Below, one piece after another: positions 1-8,015 of a DNA stretch of 64,000 bases. The position numbers and the translations under genes are program-made. The stretch's first letter is position 1. Every line of letters begins with the position of its first letter. This stretch comes from an uncultured virus (IMG/VR IMGVR_UViG_3300033816_001502) (taxonomy: Duplodnaviria > Heunggongvirae > Uroviricota > Caudoviricetes): IMG/VR virus record IMGVR_UViG_3300033816_001502. One strand, given 5' to 3'. The notes beneath the pieces are model-generated. The model had not been told where the DNA came from. It did not search any database and saw only the letters and a program-made list of their open reading frames with translations.

Positions 1-159
1 GTCCAACTGCCTTCGGGCCGGGTCCTCGACGTCGGCTCTTGGGAAGCCGCCATGGAACTCAACACCCTCGTCATGTTGCCGCAGAAGAAGATCGGAACAG
101 GCCGAGGTGGTCTGAAGGGTCGCCCGGCCTGGCTGAAAAAAGCGCTCGGCTACTACTGA
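1..159 (+). CDS. 3' end of a hypothetical protein (partial; probably the previous gene of the cassette array)
   Basis: Frame 1 is open from the window edge (VQLPSGRVLDVGSWEAAME...KKALGYY) to TGA at 157-159, immediately before the first repeat unit. Confidence 0.65.
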   Translation, partial: VQLPSGRVLDVGSWEAAMELNTLVMLPQKKIGTGRGGLKGRPAWLKKALGYY

Positions 160-198
160 GCGGTGCAAAGTCAACCTCGAACAGGATAAGGTAGAACC

Positions 199-420
199 AT
201 GGACAACATCAAGATCTTCGTGGTGCAGCAGGGTGCAATGTCCTATTCCAACGTCGACGAGGTCACCTACGTGTTCCTCAACGAGGCGGACGCTCGGGTC
301 AAGTACGCGTACCTCCTCGAGAACCGGGTGGTCGAGTGCGACTCTTACGACAGGACCTGGACTTCCCTCCACGCGGTGACTCCTGGCGACGAGGTGTCGC
401 AGGACAACAAGATCGCCTGA
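199..420 (+). CDS. hypothetical early protein (73 aa), cassette 1
   Basis: ATG follows the unit at 163; the stop abuts the next unit; GC3-rich codons. Confidence 0.8.
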   Translation: MDNIKIFVVQQGAMSYSNVDEVTYVFLNEADARVKYAYLLENRVVECDSYDRTWTSLHAVTPGDEVSQDNKIA

Positions 421-456
421 GTGCAAAGTCAACCTCGAACAGGATAAGGTAGAACC

Positions 457-774
457 ATGAACATCATCGAGTACGTCTCCGGCGGCCGTAGGTACCGGGC
501 CACCCTCGTCCCTGGGAAGCACATCATCGTGGAGTGCTTCCGGGATGATCAGTTCGTCTCCATGCGGAAGTTCGAGGTCGGCGATGTGGCCGAGTACGAC
601 TCCTTCAACCTCCGCTACACCGCGCCCATCGTCTCCATCGGCAAGTCCACGGTCACGTTCAATGTGTACGACAGCAAGAGGCGCCTCAAGGCTGAGAACT
701 TCGCCTGGCGCAATTGGAACTTCAACGCCGAGGAGATCGCCCGTCGGAACGCGGAGACGAGCCAGCACATCTGA
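457..774 (+). CDS. hypothetical early protein (105 aa), cassette 2
   Basis: ATG follows the unit at 421; GC3-rich codons. Confidence 0.8.
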   Translation: MNIIEYVSGGRRYRATLVPGKHIIVECFRDDQFVSMRKFEVGDVAEYDSFNLRYTAPIVSIGKSTVTFNVYDSKRRLKAENFAWRNWNFNAEEIARRNAETSQHI

Positions 775-815
775 ACCCGGTGCAAAGTTCGACCGTGATA
801 GGGTATACTAGGACC

Positions 816-1058
816 ATGAACAAGTTCGATGCTTTCGCGGCCAAGGCGAAGATCCTCGGGGAGATGCTGGAGACCGTCGGCAAGCTGCGGGACTCCGACC
901 TGGAGAAGCTCGTGGCGCCGATGGAAGGCATGACGGTGTGGTCCCACGACGATGTTGAGTCGCTGACTGACTCGATCAACCACCTCTTCGAGGAGCTGAT
1001 GATGCTCCAGGAAGAACTCCAGTCCTTCACCAGCCCGGCTGAGAGGTCGAGTGGCTGA
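816..1058 (+). CDS. hypothetical acidic helical protein (80 aa, MNKFDAFAAK...), cassette 3
   Basis: ATG at 816 follows the unit at 780; the ORF-track start at 714 runs through the promoter unit. Confidence 0.8.
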   Translation: MNKFDAFAAKAKILGEMLETVGKLRDSDLEKLVAPMEGMTVWSHDDVESLTDSINHLFEELMMLQEELQSFTSPAERSSG

Positions 1059-1061
1059 CCC

Positions 1062-1141
1062 AGGATGACCCAGGAGAGGCCCTGAGAATTCCCGGTGGGG
1101 TAACCTCCGCCTCGAACCTCCGGCCTCTCCTGGGTCATCCT
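1062..1141. repeat. perfect 20-bp inverted repeat with 40-nt loop
   Basis: AGGATGACCCAGGAGAGGCC (1062-1081) and GGCCTCTCCTGGGTCATCCT (1122-1141), intergenic. Confidence 0.9.
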
Positions 1142-1197
1142 CGAGGGAGTGCAAGGGGACGGTGCAAAGTTCCACCGGAGAGGGATAAGATGGACCC

Positions 1198-1728
1198 ATG
1201 ACAGTGATATCGTGGATCGCCCTCCTCGTCGCCATAGTGGCCCTTGCTGACTCGCAAGAGACTCGAGCACGCCTCAAGACACTCAGCCGCATCCCCGGTC
1301 CACGAGGGCTCCGAGGTCTACGTGGGGCGCCAGGACCGAGAGGAGAGGCCGGAGAGGTAGGCCCATGTGGCCCACCAGGACCCCAAGGTGAAACAGGTCC
1401 CCAAGGAACCCCAGGCATTCCTGGGCCAAAGGGAGACCCAGGAGACGGTGGGCCAATGGGACCCCAAGGCCCGACAGGGGAAGCAGGACCCAAGGGTGAG
1501 ACCGGTCTAACGGGTGACCAGGGTCCAAGCGGCCCAACAGGTCCCCAGGGTCCTCGAGGTGAGGCAGGACCGACCGGACCCCAAGGTGATATGGGACCAC
1601 CTGGCCCACGGGGAGAAGTGGGACCTAGAGGTCCCCAGGGCTTCAAGGGTGAGTCCAGCGGACCGGCCGAACGGGAACTCCTCGCCCATTGGGCCCACGA
1701 GGCACTGAAGCCCCGAGGCGAAGAATGA
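1198..1728 (+). CDS. membrane-anchored or secreted collagen-like protein, cassette 4
   Basis: Hydrophobic N-terminus ([15 protein letters not shown]) followed by 40 uninterrupted Gly-X-Y triplets. Confidence 0.85.
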   Translation: MTVISWIALLVAIVALADSQETRARLKTLSRIPGPRGLRGLRGAPGPRGEAGEVGPCGPPGPQGETGPQGTPGIPGPKGDPGDGGPMGPQGPTGEAGPKGETGLTGDQGPSGPTGPQGPRGEAGPTGPQGDMGPPGPRGEVGPRGPQGFKGESSGPAERELLAHWAHEALKPRGEE

Positions 1729-1774
1729 CACGAGATCGGTGCAAAGTCACCCCTGAATAGGGTATACTGGGACC

Positions 1775-1972
1775 GTGAAGATCATCTACCTGTTGTTCAG
1801 CGACGTGACCTTCGGGACCCACGAGCACGGCTTCATCCCGCGCAAAGTCGTTCAGGATCCGGACGACGAGGACGCCCGCTACGAGCGCCACCTGAAGTCC
1901 AAGGGCATCAATGCCCGTGTGTACGACGGCAAGGTGAAGCTCCTTGAGCCCGGGGAAAAGTTCACGATCTGA
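1775..1972 (+). CDS. hypothetical early protein (65 aa), cassette 5
   Basis: GTG start exactly 36 nt after the unit at 1739. Confidence 0.75.
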   Translation: MKIIYLLFSDVTFGTHEHGFIPRKVVQDPDDEDARYERHLKSKGINARVYDGKVKLLEPGEKFTI

Positions 1973-2008
1973 GTGCAAAGTTCAACCTCGAAAGGATATA
2001 CTAGGATC

Positions 2009-2236
2009 ATGAACAACGCAATCCAACCCGGCGATCGAGTCATCCTCTCCCCCGTCAACGGCCTCGGGTGCAGTGCCTTCCTCGTCCTGGAGGTCGACCC
2101 CAACGTGCATCCGACCCACCGCCTCTACGTCGAAGGCCGGAATGGCCAGCGCTGGTGGGCCCGGATCGAGGGAGCGCGGATCCTCCCGGAGGAACCTGAG
2201 GGGAACTTCACCTCGAGCCGTCACGGCGATTGGTGA
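2009..2236 (+). CDS. hypothetical early protein (75 aa, MNNAIQPGDRV..., possibly SH3/KOW-like), cassette 6
   Basis: ATG follows the unit at 1973; the IQPGDRV pattern is typical of small beta-barrels. Confidence 0.75.
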   Translation: MNNAIQPGDRVILSPVNGLGCSAFLVLEVDPNVHPTHRLYVEGRNGQRWWARIEGARILPEEPEGNFTSSRHGDW

Positions 2237-2290
2237 GAAAAAGCCCTCCATCCGGTGCAAAGTCAACCCCGAACGAGGTAAGGTAGAACC

Positions 2291-2485
2291 ATGGACACCG
2301 CATTCGAAGTCTTCATCTCCGACACCATCCATGGCACCTCCGACCGTCGGGCATACAAGACCCGGGAGCGGGCCGTGGCTCGGTACGAGGAGCTGACGCG
2401 GAACCACAAACGCAATGGCCACTCCGCCGTGATCCTCCGCCAGGGCAAAGCACAGATCTTCCCGGCACCGATCTGCGGCCGCTGA
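2291..2485 (+). CDS. hypothetical early protein (64 aa), cassette 7
   Basis: ATG follows the unit at 2255. Confidence 0.75.
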   Translation: MDTAFEVFISDTIHGTSDRRAYKTRERAVARYEELTRNHKRNGHSAVILRQGKAQIFPAPICGR

Positions 2486-2521
2486 GTGCAAAGTTCACAG
2501 AGGAAAGGATATACTAGGACC

Positions 2522-2737
2522 ATGAAGAACATCATCACCCTCCTCAACGACGGCGAGACCTTCACCTCCGCGGAGGGCACCTCGGTCTGCTTCCTCTCCG
2601 ACGACGACGTGGATCTCCTCGCCTCGGGTGAACGCACCATCGACGAGCTGGTCGGTGCCGTGGGCCGGCGACGGTACGACCTCACCAACCCGGCCCACCT
2701 CCGCCTCCTCGCGGACCGGCTCGAAAAGAACCGCTGA
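2522..2737 (+). CDS. hypothetical early protein (71 aa, MKNIITLL...), cassette 8
   Basis: ATG follows the unit at 2486. Confidence 0.75.
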   Translation: MKNIITLLNDGETFTSAEGTSVCFLSDDDVDLLASGERTIDELVGAVGRRRYDLTNPAHLRLLADRLEKNR

Positions 2738-2776
2738 CCGGTGCAAAGTTCGACTCCGAAAGGATATACTAAGACC

Positions 2777-2959
2777 ATGAAGATCTCCCGCGCCCAAATG
2801 ACCTTCGACCGCAACAAGGACGCCGTGGGCATCCACCTCACCCTCGACGACGCGAAGCGGATCCGGGCAGCCTTGAGCGACCTGGACGGGGAAGACCTGG
2901 ACAACTACGGCGGGATCCTCGAACGCCTGCGGAAGGCCATTCCCCAACAGTGGGGCTGA
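2777..2959 (+). CDS. hypothetical early protein (60 aa, MKISRAQ...), cassette 9
   Basis: ATG follows the unit at 2741. Confidence 0.75.
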   Translation: MKISRAQMTFDRNKDAVGIHLTLDDAKRIRAALSDLDGEDLDNYGGILERLRKAIPQQWG

Positions 2960-3011
2960 AAAAGTTCACCCCTCGGTGCAAAGTTCGACCCCGAAAGGAT
3001 AAGGTAGAACC

Positions 3012-3197
3012 ATGGACGCCAAACACATCGCCCAGCTCATCGCCCAGGTGACCGACCTCCTCACCGCGGGGAAGATCGACCACGAGATGCAGGCCAACCT
3101 CACCGCCTCCCTCTGGGAGCTGGCGGCGCGGAAGGACCTCCGCGAGGAGGTGACGGAAATCCTTCGCCAGGACGCCCTCGAAGAGATGGGGGTGTGA
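3012..3197 (+). CDS. hypothetical early helical protein (61 aa), cassette 10
   Basis: ATG follows the unit at 2976. Confidence 0.75.
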   Translation: MDAKHIAQLIAQVTDLLTAGKIDHEMQANLTASLWELAARKDLREEVTEILRQDALEEMGV

Positions 3198-3265
3198 CGG
3201 GGACCCTCTGAAAAAAAAGCCTCGGGGCGGTGCAAAGTTCCACCGGGAAAAGGTATACTAAGACC

Positions 3266-3544
3266 ATGGAAAACATCTCCAAGGGTTTCAAAAGCTGGCA
3301 AGGCATCGCTCGGATTCCGTCGGCGGACAATGCCGTCCAAATCTGGGATCTCATGGCAGCCGACTGGACCTACCACAAGGACAACTTTCCGGACCGCGTC
3401 CCGGCCGGGTTCGAAAACTGCTCCTTTGAGGACCTCGAGTTCACCTCCCATCCCCGCAAGGACCGTCTCCTGGCTCGGCCGGCCGGCACCAAAATCCCCT
3501 TCCACATCTGGCGGGGAGCCCTCCAAGGCTTCAATACAAAGTGA
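3266..3544 (+). CDS. hypothetical early protein (92 aa, MENISKGF...), cassette 11
   Basis: ATG follows the unit at 3230. Confidence 0.75.
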   Translation: MENISKGFKSWQGIARIPSADNAVQIWDLMAADWTYHKDNFPDRVPAGFENCSFEDLEFTSHPRKDRLLARPAGTKIPFHIWRGALQGFNTK

Positions 3545-3550
3545 CCGGTT

Positions 3551-3580
3551 GGGGGAGGACCTTCGGGTCCTCCCCCTTTC
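3551..3580 (+). terminator. intrinsic terminator-like hairpin with UUCG loop
   Basis: GGGGGAGGACC-TTCG-GGTCCTCCCCC followed by TTTC (short U-tract). Confidence 0.75.
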
Positions 3581-3617
3581 CGTGCAAAGTTCCCACCAGA
3601 AAAGGTACACTGAGACC

Positions 3618-3980
3618 ATGAAGAACCCCGGCAAGGGCGAGTCCACCCTGGCCACCACCATCCAGTCACTCGGCCTCGAGGCACACATGGACAAGGCCAA
3701 CTTCCTCGAACTCCGTGAGGCGGCCTACACGATCGACCGCCTCCGTGCCGACCTCACCGACTGCTCTCGGCTCATGGCGAAACGTCTCACCTCCTTCGCG
3801 GATGACATCGCCGATGGCCGCACTCACATGTCTCCCCCCACGGGCAGCTCCCTCCTCGACGACATCACGGAGAAGACCGCGGTGCTCAATGAGAAGACCT
3901 CGGCCTTCCCCACCCTCCTCCGCCTCGTGCTCGGCCCCGACGGGTCGAAGGAGTTCTTCCGGATCCTCCGCGGAGTGTGA
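3618..3980 (+). CDS. hypothetical early protein (120 aa, MKNPGKGE...), cassette 12
   Basis: ATG follows the unit at 3582. Confidence 0.78.
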   Translation: MKNPGKGESTLATTIQSLGLEAHMDKANFLELREAAYTIDRLRADLTDCSRLMAKRLTSFADDIADGRTHMSPPTGSSLLDDITEKTAVLNEKTSAFPTLLRLVLGPDGSKEFFRILRGV

Positions 3981-4030
3981 AGCTCCACCTCGTCAGCAGC
4001 TGACACGCGGGAGGATGATATATATCCTCC

Positions 4031-4318
4031 ATGAAGCTAACGTCAGAACAACTACGCATCATCATCGACGACGTCATCGCCGAGGACCTCAAGAACGTCC
4101 GCGGCAAACACGAACACACCATCGCAGGCACCACCGCCCTTCGACGAATGCACGATGCGCCCGGCGTACTCGAGGCGCTATCACAGATCACGGACCCCAA
4201 AGAACTGGCGCAGGTCATCGAGGCCATCATCGACGCGGTGCCCATGGTCAAACGCGGCGACGTCCTGGAAACATTGGCGAAGGTGACGCGCCACGAACGA
4301 TCAACGCGGAGGTTCTGA
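4031..4318 (+). CDS. hypothetical protein with MKLT-x-LR-II N-terminal motif (putative head-packaged protein)
   Basis: MKLTSEQLRIIIDDVIAE; preceded by ATATATAT at 4018-4025. Confidence 0.7.
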   Translation: MKLTSEQLRIIIDDVIAEDLKNVRGKHEHTIAGTTALRRMHDAPGVLEALSQITDPKELAQVIEAIIDAVPMVKRGDVLETLAKVTRHERSTRRF

Positions 4319-4319
4319 C

Positions 4320-4418
4320 ATGAACCTCAACAGATCACACCTCATAGCCTTCCTCGAAGGCGCGGCCATCGGCATCATCATCGGCTGGGTGCTGTGGTGG
4401 GGCCTGCTGCAAGGTTGA
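4320..4418 (+). CDS. small single-pass membrane peptide (32 aa)
   Basis: MNLNRSHLIAFLEGAAIGIIIGWVLWWGLLQG; starts 1 nt after the previous stop; too short for the ORF track. Confidence 0.5.
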   Translation: MNLNRSHLIAFLEGAAIGIIIGWVLWWGLLQG

Positions 4419-4423
4419 ACTAC

Positions 4424-4610
4424 AAGGGGCCTGTGGAGAGAGCAAACGGGCCTAGGGGCCGCCCCCTTGCAAGGGCCCCTCAAAGGCCCCTCTTTAGGCC
4501 CCTAAAATGGGGCCCCGGCCCCGCCCCTAAAAGGGGCATTTTCTGTGGGGTTTTTGGGGCCGCCGGGGGGCGCTAAACCCGCGCGCAAATCTCGAGAAAT
4601 TTTGAGATTA
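4424..4610. other. non-coding G/C-tract element at the strand-skew switch; candidate replication origin or genome terminus/packaging site
   Basis: GGCCCC at 4474, 4485, 4497, 4511, 4517; hairpin GCCCCT-AAA-AGGGGC at 4523-4537; G-tracts at 4533, 4547, 4556, 4565; flanking genes change from C/A-rich to G/T-rich on the + strand. Confidence 0.5.
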
Positions 4611-4657
4611 AAGCGGTCCTTACCCACGCTCGTGGGGGCACATGCCTATTTATAAGC

Positions 4658-4840
4658 ATGTTAAAGCTCAGCCCCGGAGATCTGTGCGTCTACGAAGATG
4701 ATGGCGTGGCACCGAGAGAGATCTTGGATCGAGTCTTGGTGTTCCTGTATCATCTCGATGAACAGCCGGATGAGGGAATCTTCCTGTGCAACGACGGGAC
4801 GGTTGACTTCGAGTACATAGCCTTTCTAAAGAGGTTGTGA
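4658..4840 (+). CDS. hypothetical protein (60 aa)
   Basis: ORF MLKLSPGDLC... preceded by CTATTTAT. Confidence 0.55.
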   Translation: MLKLSPGDLCVYEDDGVAPREILDRVLVFLYHLDEQPDEGIFLCNDGTVDFEYIAFLKRL

Positions 4841-5119
4841 ATTGAGTTCCGGCTCCGCGGATTTTCTGGAGCTGTTGTGGTGCTCGAAAATTTCTCGGGA
4901 AATTTTTTGCGTCGAAATGACCGTTGTTCTTCGCGTCTGGAGCGACGTACCATGGTGGCTGAGGTGATGAGATGCGTATGAGGTATGGTAAGATGTTTGA
5001 GAGGATGTTCGTGGCTTCGGTGTTTCGGTTGATCATTGGAGCCTTGTTGGCCCCGTTGCGGCGGCTCTTTCGGTAGATGTCAGGTAGCGTGATATATATG
5101 TGTTGAGACAGGAGACGAC

Positions 5120-5497
5120 ATGAAGCTGACGCTGCCGAGATTGAGACAGATCATCAAAGAAGAACTTGAGACGCTGACGGGAGGAGATGGGCCTGGGGGA
5201 CAGTGGAGGCTCACGGCAGAGCCTGCGATGGACATTTTGGCGGATGAGGCGGCGTCAAATCCTGCTCTCGTGTACGACGCGAATCCTGATGTGGATGAGA
5301 CTCGTGAGGGCGTCCTTTCCAGGTTGAGTGATCCTGAAACGGGCGCGTTCGTGGAGCTCTCTCTAAGAGAGACCGACCAAGTTGTCGTGCGCTGGGCAGC
5401 CTCGAGGGCGCGCCCCAAGGTCAGCGTTTTGAAAGGCGATTCTCGTGACGACCGTACCATGATGGACGTGATGGACGACGCCTTTGGTGGCGTCTGA
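5120..5497 (+). CDS. hypothetical protein with MKLT-x-LR-II-EE N-terminal motif
   Basis: MKLTLPRLRQIIKEELE; SD AGGAG; ATATATAT at 5092-5099. Confidence 0.75.
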   Translation: MKLTLPRLRQIIKEELETLTGGDGPGGQWRLTAEPAMDILADEAASNPALVYDANPDVDETREGVLSRLSDPETGAFVELSLRETDQVVVRWAASRARPKVSVLKGDSRDDRTMMDVMDDAFGGV

Positions 5498-5585
5498 GAA
5501 TCTTTTTAAATTGTCGTGTGTGGAAAACCAATAAATTATCGAAGAATGATTCTTGGGCTTTGTGGTGCATAGAGGCACCGACTTG

Positions 5586-5614
5586 TTGTACAAGTGACCT
5601 TAAGGAATTAAGGT
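5586..5614 (+). promoter_or_regulatory. sigma70-type promoter of uvsE
   Basis: TTGTAC-N17-TAAGGT upstream of the ATG at 5628. Confidence 0.55.
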
Positions 5615-5627
5615 AGTAATCAAGCTT

Positions 5628-6563
5628 ATGGCATTAGGCGTTTGTTGCCATTGGATTCGGCGCGAGACCGCGCCGCGGAGTGGCAAGTTGCAAGTCATTA
5701 ACGAGTTGGATGAGAAGACGCTGCAGTTGGGTCGGTACGAACGAGGAGCGTATTCCGAAGATGCGATTCGTTCGTTGTACCTTCACAACGCTCGAATGTT
5801 ACGCGACGTGTTGCGGAAGGTGGCCGCGAGTGGCGTGCGGTTATTTCGCGTGTCAAGCGCCATGTTTCCGTTGAGCGATCGCGTGCCTCGGAGGTTGTGG
5901 GACAACGATGCCTTGCGGGGCGAGCTGGCGTTGTGTGGCGAGGTGGCTCGGAAGTGTGGTATTCGGTTGACGACGCATCCGGGTCAGTTCTGCGTGTTGT
6001 CGTCGGATTCTGACTCGGTGGTTGAGAAGGCGATCGTCGAGCTCGAGCATCACGCGTGGATGTTTGATTCGATGGGGATGCCGCGGAGTCCGTACGCTGC
6101 GATCAACGTGCATGGTGGTAAGGCGGATCGGCAGACGAGGTTGATCGACGCGATTCGGTCATTGCCGGAGGCTAGTCGATCGCGATTGACGCTGGAGAAT
6201 TGCGAGACGTGTTATTCGTTGGTGGATCTGTTGCCGGTGTCGATGGAGACGGGTGTGCCGATCGTGTGGGATTCGCATCATCATGTTTTCAACGACGGTG
6301 GATTGGACGGCGCAGAGGCTGCGGACGCAGCCGATGAGACGTGGCCTAAGGGTGTGAAACCCCTGCAACACATCAGCAATACCGAGCCAGGCATGGAAGG
6401 TGGATCTTTCACCGAGCGGCGCAAGCACAGCGACATGATCCATTATATTCCTGCGGTGCAGCTCGAGCGCCTGCGGCGCGATGCAGTGGATCTAGAGGTG
6501 GAGGCGAAGATGAAAAATCTCGCTGTCCTCGAGATGCCTAAGAAATTTGATGTGCCCCTTTAA
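5628..6563 (+). CDS. uvsE: UV DNA damage endonuclease (UvsE/UvdE family)
   Basis: Motifs LFRVSS..FP, HPGQF.VL.S, NVHGG, LTLEN, WDSHHH, RKHSD, EVEAKMK. Confidence 0.93.
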   Translation: MALGVCCHWIRRETAPRSGKLQVINELDEKTLQLGRYERGAYSEDAIRSLYLHNARMLRDVLRKVAASGVRLFRVSSAMFPLSDRVPRRLWDNDALRGELALCGEVARKCGIRLTTHPGQFCVLSSDSDSVVEKAIVELEHHAWMFDSMGMPRSPYAAINVHGGKADRQTRLIDAIRSLPEASRSRLTLENCETCYSLVDLLPVSMETGVPIVWDSHHHVFNDGGLDGAEAADAADETWPKGVKPLQHISNTEPGMEGGSFTERRKHSDMIHYIPAVQLERLRRDAVDLEVEAKMKNLAVLEMPKKFDVPL

Positions 6564-6646
6564 TCTTCCAGTGCAATGTTAATGTTGCATGGTATAAAAA
6601 GAATTTGTTCCCTGGATTTGATGAACGCACGAAAGTGAGAAAAAAA

Positions 6647-6928
6647 ATGGCAAAGAAAGCAAAGACAAACAAGATCAACGTTGATTCCCCGATTCCTTTT
6701 CCTCAGGTGCACACGTTCGATGAGTTGGCTGTCATCGATGACGATTCATTGAACAACATGCAGCGATCGCTGACGGATTCCATCTCTAGGGTGAATAGTC
6801 ATGGGTTGAATCCTTCAGCATGGGAGGTTGAGATGTGTTATGTACAGCGAGAGCTGCAGATTCGAACAGCTCGTCGTGAGGCCCACGCAAAGTATGTTTC
6901 GACTGTTTCCGTCACGGAGGAGGATTGA
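6647..6928 (+). CDS. hypothetical protein (93 aa, MAKKAKTNK...)
   Basis: ORF whose stop overlaps the sigma start codon. Confidence 0.7.
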   Translation: MAKKAKTNKINVDSPIPFPQVHTFDELAVIDDDSLNNMQRSLTDSISRVNSHGLNPSAWEVEMCYVQRELQIRTARREAHAKYVSTVSVTEED

Positions 6929-7758
6929 ATTTGAGTTCTCAAGGCACAATTTCTCGAGAAAACTCTCGAGAGTCAGCCTTCGGCGGCGATTCAATGAATC
7001 GCTACTTTTCTTCTCTAAAGAACCATCAACAGCTTTCGCATGAGCAGATGATGGAGCTCTTTAAGGTCCTCGAAGCAGGGGGTCTTGACGCGCCTCTCGC
7101 GAAGAAAAAGTTGATCGAGACCAATCTTCGTTTGGTCGTTTATGTGGCGAAGCAGTACAAGAACCACAGCATGCCTCTCGAAGACATCATTCAAGAAGGC
7201 AACATGGGGTTGATGAGAGCGATTGAGAAGTTTGATTGGAAGAAGGGATTTAGGTTCTCAACCTACGCGACCTGGTGGGTTAGGCAAGCGATTGGTCAAC
7301 ACATCCTGAAGCAGAAGCGGGTCATCAGAATGTCCGCGCATGCCGTGAATACTCAAAAGAAGTTGTTGACAGCCGCCGAAGAATACAGGAACGCGATGGG
7401 ATGTGAGCCAACTCCTGAAGAGTTGAAGGAGTTGACAGGCACTTCAGATGCAATCTTCAACGCGATGAGGATCAGTGGTCGATCGATTATTTCGCTTGAT
7501 CAACCTCTGTCCTCAGATCCAGATGCTGACACGATTGAAGATAAGATTGAGGCGGATCCTACGTCAGATCCACTCGAGATTTTTTCTTCCAAGCAAATGT
7601 TAGAGTTGGCTCAACGAGTCATCGTGGGCCTTTCTCCAAAGGAAGCTGCGATTTTGAGGTTACGGTTCGGGCTGGTCGACGACGTGTTGAGCGATGAATC
7701 TTATAAGATCACTCAAGAGCAAGTTGAGAAGATCTCAATGGGAGAAGGTCTCACGTGA
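6925..7758 (+). CDS. sigma70-family RNA polymerase sigma factor lacking the region 4.2 HTH
   Basis: Region 1.2 (DSMNRYF..L), region 2 (NLRLVVYVAKQY, DIIQEGNMGLMRAIEKFD..KGFRFSTYATWWVRQAI), region 3 (EPTPEEL, ISLDQPL) and region 4.1 (LSPKEAAILRLRFGL), then a divergent tail. Confidence 0.92.
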   Translation: MNLSSQGTISRENSRESAFGGDSMNRYFSSLKNHQQLSHEQMMELFKVLEAGGLDAPLAKKKLIETNLRLVVYVAKQYKNHSMPLEDIIQEGNMGLMRAIEKFDWKKGFRFSTYATWWVRQAIGQHILKQKRVIRMSAHAVNTQKKLLTAAEEYRNAMGCEPTPEELKELTGTSDAIFNAMRISGRSIISLDQPLSSDPDADTIEDKIEADPTSDPLEIFSSKQMLELAQRVIVGLSPKEAAILRLRFGLVDDVLSDESYKITQEQVEKISMGEGLT

Positions 7759-8015
7759 CCAGCGAAAGTCTGATTCTTGTCCTATGTTCGATCAATCTGG
7801 TCACTTCTTTTGTTAGTTTGTACATGTTGATCCGTGACAAGAAATCTGATGAAATTGAGGAGGAAGAAGACGTAAAAGAAGATCTGCTGGTCGAACGGAA
7901 CTTAAATTCAAGATTGCGATACTTGCAGACGACCAGATTTGGTCCATCAATGGTACCTCATTCTAGGGGCGAGACATTTCATAGGAAAAATGACAATGAC
8001 AATGAAAAAAGGTAG
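7755..8015 (+). CDS. hypothetical protein with N-terminal transmembrane helix
   Basis: LILVLCSINLVTSFVSLYMLI followed by an acidic stretch; GTGA overlap with the sigma stop. Confidence 0.65.
   Translation: MTSESLILVLCSINLVTSFVSLYMLIRDKKSDEIEEEEDVKEDLLVERNLNSRLRYLQTTRFGPSMVPHSRGETFHRKNDNDNEKR

Larger units (their letters stand above)
163..3617 (+). repeat. 12 dispersed copies of a 36-bp promoter-like unit GTGCAA-N18-TAnnnT-N6, each abutting a start codon
   Basis: GTGCAAAGT starts at 163, 421, 780, 1162, 1739, 1973, 2255, 2486, 2741, 2976, 3230, 3582. The start codon lies exactly 36 nt later in every case (199, 457, 816, 1198, 1775, 2009, 2291, 2522, 2777, 3012, 3266, 3618). The -10-like hexamers are TAAGGT, TATACT, TAAGAT or TACACT. 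Copies 1 and 2 are identical. Confidence 0.93.

Noticed and set aside
615..1646. 343-aa minus-strand Gly/Pro-rich ORF
   Set aside because: Antisense shadow of the collagen gene and neighbouring cassettes in GC-rich DNA.
1973..3544. ORF-track starts reading MQSS... (1973, 2486, 2741, 3230) as a shared leader peptide
   Set aside because: These come from the GTG of GTGCAA lying 36 nt (in frame) upstream. Copies with TAAGGT have an in-frame TAA, so the extension is not conserved.
163..3617. Repeat array as a CRISPR array
   Set aside because: The intervening sequences are whole ORFs of about 180-530 bp, the repeats are degenerate with promoter geometry, and no cas genes are present.
163..3617. 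Repeat units as integron attC sites
   Set aside because: They lack the RYYYAAC...GTTRRRY palindromic structure, and no integron integrase is in the window.
722..4576. Many overlapping alternative-frame and antisense ORFs in the GC-rich region
   Set aside because: Expected from low stop-codon frequency. The promoter-anchored + strand ORFs already tile the region.
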